Origin: Klebsormidium nitens
Lineage: Eukaryota > Plantae > Klebsormidiophyceae
Direction of reading: 5' to 3'
Assembly: GCA_000708835.1 (NCBI GenBank)
Contig: DF237020.1
Span: forward strand, 124,001-188,000
Length of the DNA: 64,000 bases
Each line of letters starts with the position of its first letter. The stretch's first letter is position 1. The position numbers were made by a program, and so were the translations under genes. Positions 45,826-56,950 of this stretch are shown in pieces. The notes under the pieces were generated by a model. That model was given only the letters and a program-made list of their open reading frames with translations, was not told the DNA's origin and made no database searches.

Positions 45826-47100
45826 TCAGCGGCAATGTTCTTTGAATTCCAAAGCAAGGAATCCTGCGCCTTCTCCTACAGTGCTAAGGTCGTAGTATCG
45901 GTCACGTGGATACTTCACCTCCACCTCATTCAGATTTGGACACATGGATGGGAACGTCCAAAGGGCATCCGCATTGGGGAGACTCCCGTCAAGGATGACG
46001 TGCTTCAAAGAAGAGAACTTTGCACCGCCGGTGGCAGCCCAGTATGTGTGGTCAATAACCTGCCCATCTGCAACACTACTGACCGTTGTCGAAGAACCGC
46101 GATCTACAATGACCAGATTCTTCAACTTTGGACAGCCCTTGGCAAGAGGTGCCAAGTCGTTTAGATGAAACGCCAAAGGCACTACCTTTTCTCCAACCAG
46201 TGACAGTGATTCCAACTTTGGAACGTGTTGACCAATCAGAGACAAGGTCTGAGGTGTGATTGGAGCAAAGTCCTTCTCCTGAAGAAAGCCCTCTTCGAGC
46301 ATATTCCTCATCTGGTCATGTATAGTATCGAATGACCCATTCCAGACTCCCAACTCAAGAGAGACAATGCTTCTTCCGGCCTTTTCTAAGAAGCTTAGCA
46401 AAGCTCTCTCCTTGGTGAAGGTGTTCTTAAGGTCTACCTTTCTCAGCGGCAAGGTAGAGTTTCTTTGAAGGTCAATTGAACGCACTTTGCAAATGCCGGT
46501 CACATTCAGAACCTCCAGTTGAGGACACGCTAAGTAGATGGACTCAAGCTTGTGTGCCCCACTAATGTCAAGGCTAGTCAGTTTTGGTAAATGGAGATTC
46601 AGGTTACAGAGCCCTTTGCCTTCTTCAGAATACAAGGACTCTTCAAGGTAAAAGATGGACAGATCCTCCAAATTTGGGCAATTACGGTGCAAAAGATCCA
46701 CCACCCTGTCATCGAACCAGCTTGCAGATTCAACAGATTCAGTGAAACCTGCGTCCAAGTCCGCGTGAACTGAAAGTGTGAGAATTCTGATCCACTCTGT
46801 TCGTCTAGTGTGCAAACCTCCAGCAAAAAGCGACAAAACGCTTTCCTGGTATACAGTGATATCAACTTCCTCCCAGAGCACCTCATCATCTGCGATAGAG
46901 CGGAATCGTTTGCAAACTTGCGCAAGCGTTCCTACACACCCCTTCAGATTTGTGAACAACCTTGGAAAGCGGTAGGGAGGTCCGGAGCGCTTGTATTTCT
47001 TTTCTAACATTTCCAGCTCTTGCTTACCAAGGACATCTTGGAAAATTGACAGAACCAGGTTGTCGGGCAGCTTGTCAAAATGGCAAACTTCGGGAGCCAT
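45826..47100 (-). CDS. F-box / leucine-rich-repeat protein, apparently one coding exon
   Basis: The first ATG in the open frame is at 47100. The F-box reads FDKLPDNLVLSIF...LAQVCKRFRSIADDEVLWEEVDI, followed by LRRs (CPNLEDLSI, LPKLTSLDISG, CPQLEVLNV, VPKLESLSL, CPKLKNLVI, CPNLNEVEV). Confidence 0.85.
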   Translation of the reverse strand: MAPEVCHFDKLPDNLVLSIFQDVLGKQELEMLEKKYKRSGPPYRFPRLFTNLKGCVGTLAQVCKRFRSIADDEVLWEEVDITVYQESVLSLFAGGLHTRRTEWIRILTLSVHADLDAGFTESVESASWFDDRVVDLLHRNCPNLEDLSIFYLEESLYSEEGKGLCNLNLHLPKLTSLDISGAHKLESIYLACPQLEVLNVTGICKVRSIDLQRNSTLPLRKVDLKNTFTKERALLSFLEKAGRSIVSLELGVWNGSFDTIHDQMRNMLEEGFLQEKDFAPITPQTLSLIGQHVPKLESLSLVGEKVVPLAFHLNDLAPLAKGCPKLKNLVIVDRGSSTTVSSVADGQVIDHTYWAATGGAKFSSLKHVILDGSLPNADALWTFPSMCPNLNEVEVKYPRDRYYDLSTVGEGAGFLALEFKEHCR

Positions 47101-47384
47101 CTTTCTCTGAGATGCATTCGCCTCAGCCTCAGGCCGCAGGCTTGCCCTCCAATGCCAGCTAGCTGGCTCCACACAGCGCGCTTGACTCAAATCTTTGACA
47201 AAGCCACCCGCAATGCATGGTCAAGACTCAAGCCTCCTGTGTAGCTTTTGACAGACCGGACAATTTGACACTACCGGAAGTGTCACCTCTAGGTTGGTAC
47301 ATGGACGTAGGTACGTAAGTTTGCTAGTCTTACAAATTGCGTCACTGGTGATGTCACACAGGGTTAACACCCTAACATACACTA

Positions 47385-47417
47385 AAACCCTAGGGGTAAC
47401 CATTGACCAAACCCTAA
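47385..47417 (+). promoter_or_regulatory. Two telo-box (AAACCCTA) motifs in the divergent F-box/RPL27 promoter
   Basis: AAACCCTA is at 47385-47392 and AAACCCTAA at 47409-47417, with a site II-like AGCCCA just downstream. Telo-box plus site II is a known signature of plant ribosomal-protein promoters. Function here is inferred. Confidence 0.45.
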
Positions 47418-47918
47418 GGCGTTCCGCCAGAGCCCACCCGTACCCACCCTAACCCCCCAGCTAACCCCACCAAGATCAGTGGTTTGTGCTGTTTGTAACC
47501 CGCGATTGCCCCGAGCACCTACCGCACCCGGTTGAACCTGGCGGTACCGACCACGTCCCAACAGTACCATACCGAACCACAGGTATCGCTTATGTCATCG
47601 ATGACGTATTTTGGAGACTAGCAAAGTTACGTAGTCTGCTGTTTTGTTGACTCAGACCCAAGATCCTCGAATAGGGACTTGTGGACAGTGTCAAGAAGAC
47701 AGCCAGTCCCCCGGGGGCCTTCACGCACACATGCAAGTCAGAACTACCGGAGTGTTACTCCGCTGGTCTCCTCTGTCGGCGACCATGAACCGTCAATCCT
47801 GCATTCGTGGTCGCTGCTCCGACTCCCTTGCAATCGTCTTCCTGACCGTCTTCGCCTTGCCCTCCCTCTTTCCAAGCTTGGGCGCGGCAGCGTAGGGCAG
47901 GAAGCGGCGCCAGGCACC

Positions 47919-50587
47919 ATGGTGAAGTTTCTGAAGCCCAGCAAGGTTGTGGTCCTCCTGCAGGGCAGGTATGCCGGGAGGAAGGCAGTCATCGTCAAGA
48001 ATTTTGACGATGGCACGCAGGGCAGGCCGTATGGGCACGCACTAGTTGCCGGGATTGCAAAGTACCCCAGGAAGGTGAGTGGGCTTCTGCAATACAGGAG
48101 GGAGCACTTGCTGGTTTCTGTGGAGCTCCGGTTGGTACTTACCACGATCGGCACCATAAAGAGCTGACGTTGAGCAGATAATCGAAACCCTATCTGATTG
48201 TTTAAGGCACAACAAACTGTAATCTACCGATCAGACGGTAATGGTGCAGCAGCATCTTATGCGTCTTCTTTTGTAGTGCAAAGCTATGTTCTATCTGGAA
48301 ACTGTCAGCAAAACCTCAAATGGTAATGGTAGAGGCTAGGCGCCTGCTGGTCTTTGGTGTTCTGGCAATCAGTACTGAGGAAAAGCACTCATGCCACAGT
48401 TACTATGTGGCAGTCAATTCGGCTGGATAGTTGAGGGGGCGGGCAGCGAGGTGGATTTGTCATTGCAGCAGCTTCTGAGCAAGCTGAATAGGTTTTCAGT
48501 CATTCCGACCCGGTGCTCTTGATAATGGTACTCATGTTGCCCGGTGATTTAGTGGCCCGTTGACCAAGCACGCGTATTGGAAGCCCGTTAGTCAGCAAAC
48601 TTTTGACCTCTCATTGTGCGAACCTCGTCAGACTTTGTATGTGCAAATTCCGTTAGAGATGATCCTGGATCGCTTGCTTTATCATGTTTAATAGGCTTCG
48701 TCGTCTCACTTCTGCGGTTTATGTGACTGGTTTTCCTCGGTGATTCCGAGCTTCAAGAGCTACCCTCAGCAGGGACTCCCTTATTGGCCTGGAAGAAAAG
48801 TGCCCAGAAATGATGCATCTAGTTGCTCTCAGCACGGGACAGCATGGGAACAAACTCATCCCACTTGTGGAGGTGCAAAACCATTTAGGGAGAAGAATAC
48901 TGTGGCCATTGTTTTTAATCAGTCAAGGCTTTGCATCAATAGGAAGAGTACGGGGGATTGAAAAGAAGCAAACCGACAAAAAGAAGGAAGTTGATACCGG
49001 GATCTTTTGGCACCGGCAGGTCATCAAGAAGTCCTCCGCAAAGACCATTGCTCGGCGGTCACGGCTCAAGGCCTTCATCAAGGTCGTCAACTACAACCAC
49101 ATCATGCCCACCAGGTGAGGGGTTAAGCTTCTCGTTGTCAGATTAAACCCAAGGTTTGCAGAAGCCTACTTTGGCGTATAGCTATCCGGTTTACACAAGC
49201 CTAACCCATCTCGAACCCGTCTTTGGCACCCTGATTGTTGTTCTCAAGTTGACCACCTTGAACATAGTTCGGGGCGGTCAAGCAGACACATGGTTCGGTT
49301 AGAAGAAAGGGATATGACTTGAGTCAGGTAGTCATTATTGAACTCAGACTTCAGGGTTCCGTAGGCAGAGGTGGGTGCCAAATTGTGGTGACAGCATTCG
49401 AAGTTGTGCAGCGGGAAATGAGGCAGCTGCCCGTGTTTAAAAACCTCACCTTGCCGAACTGGTGAAGCTCGACACAACCATACAGGGACCTTAGAAATGT
49501 GTCTCCAGAGAAGAGAGGCTTGAAAGGACTTCTTTATCAAAGTAAGACTGAGAGACAAGCTTCAATTCTGGGCCGGCCGAGCTACATGATCGAAGCATTA
49601 CAAGACTACCGTGATTCTCATCCAGTGGCATACATTACCCTGGATGGGGCCGCCAGTCTCCAAGATTCAATTTGAACAATCTGGCACCAAGCATGCCTGC
49701 AAAGCTGTAGTGTTAGCCCTGGTCCCACTTTCTGAGGACCATTTGAAGCACATTCTGAGGGATGCACTTAGCAAGGGGAGGTTGGAAGGGGTCAGGAGTT
49801 CGCTCTTAGCCAAGTCGGGGTCGGGATTCAGAACAAAACATGGCGAAAGATTGAGATTCTGGTTGGAATGGTCAGGACAGGCTTGAGGCTGACGCGGTTT
49901 TGGACTTGTAACCTCTTACACAGATACACCCTCGACGTGAACCTGAAGGAGACTGTCACTGCAGAGAAGATCGAAGCCAAGCCAAAGAAGGTCGACGCAC
50001 TTAAGGTAAGGCCTGCCGCTCTTACTGTGAATGATTCTGCTTTGCCCTGCAGGTCCTTTCTGAGTAGGTCAGAGTAGGTGAATCCTGGGCGGCCGATCTC
50101 GTCCTGCTCCGAAAGTGGCTGGCCCTACCACAAAGTTAAAGATTAGGCACAAGAGAAACTGGGCGGTTATGGTCTTGAGGCGTAAAAACGTCTCTTCTCA
50201 TATTGAGCCCAGGGTCCACTTAGATTGTGGGCCTTTTGATACAGAAAGTGACTGGACGGTGCTGCATGCGGCCAATCTCTGTAGCCTGTTCAGCACGTGG
50301 TCCACAAAACGGTCCTTGAGATGGATTGCAAAAGAGACGCGATAGCTGGGTTGACTTTGCGGAAGAGAAAGACCGGTTGTCTCATGCTGGTAACCAGCGT
50401 GGTAAGGTGTGAGTTGTGTTTTTATTTGTCTCAGTGGTTTGTTTGTTCATTCGTGGCGTACTATTCTGTGGACCTCCTCAAACTGACACCTTCTCTGGTC
50501 TTTCTTTCGCAGGAAACGAAAAAGGTCTTCGAGGAGAGATTCAAGACAGGAAAGAACAGATGGTTCTTCACCAAGTTGCGATTCTAA
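47919..50587 (+). CDS. RPL27: 60S ribosomal protein L27 (eL27)
   Basis: Exons are 47919-48074, 49020-49114, 49924-50005 and 50513-50587. The protein is [32 protein letters not shown]...KYPRK|VIKKSSAK...[10 protein letters not shown]|YTLDV...|[24 protein letters not shown]. Confidence 0.97.
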
Positions 50588-51728
50588 ATGACCATAAATT
50601 TTAAGTACGTGAGGGGACTCATTTTCGGACCACCACCCGCTCAAGTCGTATTCAGTGCTTCTCTCGTCTTTGTTGCTGGCATGTCGTGCGATTTGTGAGT
50701 GAGGGTCTCCTGATCAAGCTGGTGATTCGGCCACTGCTATGCAACCCCAATTTCGTTCCGTCTCCTAGTGGAGCTTGTACATGGGCATCATGCACAAACC
50801 CCTCTACATGCTGGCGGTTTGGGCAGCTTCTGGCCATACTGACGCAAGTATATACAATGTCCAGATCGTAGAAATTGCAGCAACCGCCGAATCAGTCTGA
50901 ACACGAGACGTACAACTCGCATCTTGGGTTACCAAAGTTTTCATAGAACTTGCACATCATTGCACATGAGGGTCCGCCCTTCCTCTGCAGAGAGGTTTCG
51001 AGATCTAGCTATCGCTATGTATGCACTTGCATGAGCGTGCATCATTGACATGTTCAGAGAATCACACCGCTACTATTAGTCAGGCCCCCCCTGTCACCCC
51101 AAACCAATGCATGCCAGCCCAATCGTGTAAGCATAAACCGTTTACTAAGCAGCATGCGAGTCTGAAATTTTGCGCAGATTGTTGTACGCGGCTAAGTCAA
51201 TTAGGACAACTTGCTACATGGTGCACATGAAGTAAACATTGCAGGTGCAAAAAGCGGGCATATTCATATGGATATTGCGCGGTTCGTCTGCATGAGGTAC
51301 ATGTATGCATCAACACGAATGCTGAATTAAGTTGAGCAGTAATTTGGACCGCCCGCATATAGCTCCATACGTAGAAGCTTTCAGCTACATGTGCACATGC
51401 AGAAATCGCTATGACTGTGAACATGTACACATCTCGACACACAGAAGAAAGTCAAGTTTTTAGATCCAATCTTGCCATCCAGAGATATGTACCGGCCCTT
51501 GCAGATAAAATCGACTGTGAGCTATAAAACACCTCAACAAAACAAGTGTGCATGCTTCCGATGCTCTTGGCGAAGACAAACAAAGGCTGATGAGTAACTA
51601 TAATGCGTCAAATGAGTGGACAAGAATAATCTTCAAGTTAGTCTCTTTATAAAGAGATTGCGTGTTTTATCAGCACAGCTTGCTTAATGTACACAGCGTC
51701 TGGTCTCATGTCAGGTCTTCCCAGTTAC

Positions 51729-54700
51729 TTAGTGTTTCTTGAATTTGAAATAGAGGATGAGGATTATGGCAAAAACGAGCGCCGCAATAATACCGTACAT
51801 GATGATCTTGTTGGTCCGGATCCTTTGGGCCATTCTGTTCAAGATCTGCCTGCTCTTTCCAATATTGTCGTCAACACCATGGAGCTGCAAAGCAAGGGGA
51901 AAACGCATCAGAAGCAAGACAAGAAAGCGCCGCCCAATAACTACGATATCCGATATCGTGTCCAAGCGAAACGACCAAAAGGGGCAGCCTTCGTCATGCG
52001 CTGAGATAAAATACACCTATAACGAAGTACCACCTCAAACTACTCATCCTCCAAAATTGAGTACTGAAGATATATCCTTAGGCTTGTCGGCGTCTGCCAA
52101 TCAGCGCAGAAAGAACCATTGTCGACGCTCAACTAATCTAACGTACTTGTCTCAAGGAAAGGCACCCCAGGAAAGGATGCCAGTGCGCTCATGACGTAGA
52201 CGTTCTAAGCAGCCCTATGCAGACTACGAAGCTTCCTAAAAGACCTGGCAGATTCGAAAAGATACACAGCACAATCTGTTAGTGACCTGCGAAATTACCC
52301 TTTCAAATCGGCCCGCCAGCGGAGAATTTTGTACTCACCGTCCCGCGCGCATGCAGGAGCGTCTCCCGTTGTTGTGAGAGGCTGCCCAGAATCTGTGCTC
52401 CAATGTCCTCGGTCTCTATCGCCACCCGCTTGCTCTCCTTGATCCGCTCTCCCGACTGGTTCAACCGGTCAGTCGTCTGCAGCAACCGGTTCCTCTGGTC
52501 CGCAGAGACCGACTGCACGAGGGATCGGAAACATTCACGATCATGAAACCTTCACGACAATACTACCAACGTCTGCATGCAGGAATGTGGAGAAGCATTC
52601 AGATGGTTACAGTTGAGGCTTCGAATTGGTCGGTTGCCAACTGATTGCCGATCCAAAGATGATTATACCAACGAGGGTTCAAATACTTCAAAGTGCAGGC
52701 TACCCAGCAACTTCACTATATGTGCGCGGCTTGAACCTGTGTAATCTGCACATCGCACGTCGAGTACTCTGATAGGTCGAGAAGAACCCAGCAGAACCCG
52801 TTCGACCAGACACACGAGGAAGACATCTAGCATTGCTTCGCCGGTGTGGTTGTGAGCCCATGTGGCAACCTCACTGGAGCTTGGAGTCAACATAAGAACT
52901 GGAAAACGAGCCAGACGTTCATAAGGGTTGGCCGAAGAGGGCCAAGAAACGAGCCACCGAGGTTGATCGGTTTGACATGTGTACTGAACTGCCAAAACTC
53001 GATTTGACTGTACGCAACCGTTTTGATTAGCCATCTTGGATCGACAATCTCCGTGGATTCAACTCTTCAAAATCACGGTTCAGGCAAGCAAACTCAATTT
53101 TTCGGCTGTGTCTACAGACGGATTCATCAGTCGTCTCAGATCGAACATCTCCTAAAAATCGCTCTCAAATATCACAAATCAGCCAATCAAACATACACAC
53201 ATAATTCAAAGACAAGCCCGCAAAACCAGCACCTAACACCAAAGCTCCAGAGTCCCTCTGAAATCACATCCAAGCAAGCTGATCTTACACAAAAGCCAGC
53301 CTCTTCAAGTGGTCAATGAAATAGCGCTTCCGCTTGTCAATCGCAGAAGAGAAGGCCGTAACACAGAAAAAGGTGGGAAGTAGGAAGTCTCGAAGGAACG
53401 AAACTTCACAGGCGTTTTGGGTAACCTGCTCGAATTGCCGACATTCAAAGCCGAACGCGCTAAGCTCTGCAGTTCTGATTGCATACAGACCTTGAAAGAA
53501 AATATCACAGTTGGCTTGCCACCAGAACACTTCCAACATCATGCCCATCTTAACGAATGATGGGGAGAGGGTGATATTAAGGATCCTCGAAGGAACGGCA
53601 AACCAAGGCGGAAACTTACCCCCAGGGGTTCTCCCAACCCCCTCTCCATCAGCTCCTGCCTGGCCGCCACCTCATCCGGCAGCGCAGCGCTCGCCTTCTT
53701 CGCCTCTTTCTTGACGTTATTGAGGCCTGCTTTGTACTCAGCCAGCTTGGACTTCAGGGTGACCAGCTCCGCCTTGGAGAAGCTCCGTGCCTCCAAGTCC
53801 ATCTTCCGGATCTGTAGCATTTCATCAAATTCCTTTAGGGAGAGCCCTTGAAGATGCAATTTGAATGCGTGAGAATCAGAATCCAATGAGCGCCTGGAGG
53901 TATTAGTCCAATGACATGCACAGGGCTGAGCCTTGAAGATCTTCAAAGTTCGCCTTGTCGAACCTGGATGAGCTGGAGGCAACAAATACCTGATACATGT
54001 GGGCGGTGGAAACTACCTAGCCAGGACCCAGATCCTTCACTTCCGACATGGCAAGCAGCAACTGAGTGATGTTTGAGTATCAATCAATCAGACCCACAAT
54101 CATGCCAACACTTGGAAGCTCTTCGTGCCAGCGTGCACTTATTGTTCCGCAGGTTAGCATGCGTCCGCTGAACAACGGAAGCCCCCGTAGTGCTCTCATG
54201 CTCATTTGACCATTGCTTTGTCGATGTGTTGGTTAGCTCCAGCTGAGATGGTGATATAACAGGCTGTTTTGCTGGACGACAAACGGACATGCTAGTCTTC
54301 AAACTACGAGCTACTCGATGCATGTCAAGCATACAGAATTCTGCTACCACGAAGTTTGGATGTTTGTAATACACTCCAAACTTACCAGAGCCTCTGACTC
54401 ATCAATCCCCTGCTGCAACTCCTTCAGTTTCTGCTTCTTCTGCTCTGCAAGGTGCAAGAACATGCACCTCAAACATGATCCAGGACAATGCTGACGTGTC
54501 CGGTCCAACACTGATGTAAGGCTACAATACTGGCCCGGCTTTTTCTCTCAAAACCCACAAACTTTTCATCACAAAAACCCCAACATTGAGCATCCACCGA
54601 GCAAAAACGAATGTCACGTAATAAAATTGATGGCTTCGAAACATGGTTCACCAATTACACGGACAGGACTAACAATTTTAGCAGAACCCTAAACTCGACT

Positions 54701-55025
54701 TACATTAACTCTTGAATGAGGCGACCATGTCATCGACCAGACAGCCCCGTCGATGCAAACACCTTATACAGCAGACGTGCACTCACCTACAATTGACCAA
54801 CTTATGCCAAAAGAAGGGGCCTGACAAAAGCGTCCGCATCAGCAGGAAAACGTGTTTACATTCCCTCTTCAATCTGAGGGCAGTACTCCTGTCGATTCAA
54901 TGTTGCCCTCCGATCAGATTGTACTCACCTCCAGATAAAAGAGAAACATTCTCCACTTTCCTCTTTAAGCTGGCTAGCAACTCCGTGTATTGCCTCTCAT
55001 AACTCTGGAACATGTTCTCCCCCAT
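51729..55025 (-). CDS. VTI1: Qb-SNARE VTI1 family protein
   Basis: Five exons give MGENMFQSYERQYTELL..., EQKKQKLKELQQGIDESEAL|IRKMDLEARS..., DQRNRLLQTTDRLNQSGERIKESKRVAIETEDIGAQILGSLSQQRETLLHAR, and LHGVDDNIGKSRQILNRM...IIMYGIIAALVFAIILILYFKF (C-terminal TM). Confidence 0.94.
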
Positions 55026-56950
55026 CTTTGCTTGCTACTTTACTGCGCCTGCGACTCTAGGCTCGTGACCTCAATGAAAAGTTCACGCTGTGCAAAGCAG
55101 CCGCTCTTACAAACACACTGAAGGGAGAAGGACAAAGGATTATCCTTGGTCTGTATGTCCGCTTAATTTCCTCACTTGCGATCCCCCTCCTAGCCGCAAT
55201 CTCCACAAATCGATGACCAAAGGCAACCCTAAAATTCTCCATTCATGAAGAGAAGGCTCGGCCTTCAATCCGGGCAACTTTCTGGTTGCGTGCCGCCTCA
55301 GGCTGTTACATATCGGAGCTTGTGGTCTTTGACACCAGAATTGCAGCCTAACGACAACGTTAGAGGCGGACGCGCTTTGTCGCGTAGGTTTGTCTAACCA
55401 GTACGTCATTTGCCCCCTTAACGTGGATTATTTTGGTGAACTCTTTTGCCATCTACTTTCGACGGCATAGCCAGATAAAAATAGTGTTAAGGAACCTCCC
55501 CGCGCGGGAAAAGCTTAGACTGCACACTGCAACTTCAAGTTCAAGTCACGTTCCAAGTTCAGCCCTGCAACAATTTCATCATTTGAGCTTCACTTTCTCG
55601 GCAAATAGGGCGCACAAGTGGCGGCTATACACCAACAGCCTGGACTTGCAGGTCAAGGGCAAGGGATCAACGAAGGCTCCCTTTGAGGGTAGGCGACTTG
55701 CGTTGTCCACTTTCAAGAAAGACATTAGCGTTTGCACAGAGCGCTGTGGAATCAGGTCCAGCAAGTGGTCCCCAAAGGAGCGCCTGTCCAGAGGAGCGGT
55801 GTACTGTCTTCCTTGGATAGGCGCTCTCCGCGAGCGAAGTTCGTTCAATTTTCTGATAAAGAAATAAGGTACACGTCAGGTTTTACCAATAGCATTGGGC
55901 CCCAGGGGCCAGCTCCGAGGGGCGGGGTGGGCTGGGACGACTTCTTGCAAAATGAAGATGGTAATATGCTGATATGATGCAGGAAGGTTGCATCCCCAAG
56001 GTTTTGAGGTGAGATATATCTGCTGACTTTCTGGTTTTGAGAAGGACTTGGATGCAGAGATGCAGAGTGTTCCCTCTCCTATCACTGTGCACCTGGTCGT
56101 GCTACAGGCGAAGAGCAGCATCGTGTTCCTGGGGAGAGGTTCATGTCCTTTTCCTGTCTGTTTGAAGGGCGTGGTCTTGCAAATTGTTAACAATGGAAAG
56201 GCGCAAGGTGCATCATGCTGCTGTTTTTGTGCAGTTTCTTGATGGGACTGTTTGCCGTTCTGCTCGTGTACCTTCTCTGAGCACACTCTAAGTTGCAGCA
56301 AATGGCTTTCCTGGTGGTTTGTTTACGAGCACGATTTGATTACCGGGTCTCAAGCTTTGCCGCTGGTTTCGGGTCCACTTTACCATCATGTTTTCAACTG
56401 GTAGAGTTCTGAGCAAGCACAGGTGGTTCTTTGTTGTGTGCTTTAGGTACCCTTATTACCTCTGCACTTTGGTCAGAGTTAGGGTTCAGCACTACCTTGC
56501 CCCATGGTTTGAGAGTCTGGCGGTAATAAGTTCATCGCTTACCGCAGTCGCTATCAAAGTAGAAGAACTCTTCATAAGCTCATACATCCATTTTGTAGGC
56601 TTTGCGAGCACTTTGGTTTCATTGGCGTAGTGCTCAGAGCGGACCAGGGAATAGTCTTATTTATGTTGCAGGAGATGCGTCATGCTTGTGCCTTCGATTG
56701 GTTTGTAGTGACATTTTGGTGGCGTGTGATACGTCCATATATCTTTGCACTAGGTTGCTCTTGCCCAATCAGCTCATTCAAGTGATTTTACGGTTTAAAT
56801 AAAAGTAGTTCATTGGCAGGCAGTTCTTTTAGCTGTTGATTAACCATCTTTTGCTATGTTTTGCAGCATCTGTCCACGGTGACGGCAAGCCCCGCCTGCT
56901 CCTCAGCTCGTCTCCTTCTTTACAACCACACGACTGCGCTTCTAAGTGGT

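Noticed and set aside
33260-47100. AXR1 and an F-box gene nearby as an SCF/neddylation cluster
   Set aside because: They are separated by an unrelated gene, and F-box genes are abundant, so proximity is probably chance.
48075-50512. Possible intronic snoRNAs in RPL27 introns
   Set aside because: I could not find convincing paired C (RUGAUGA) and D (CUGA) boxes with terminal stems by eye. A snoRNA scan would be needed.
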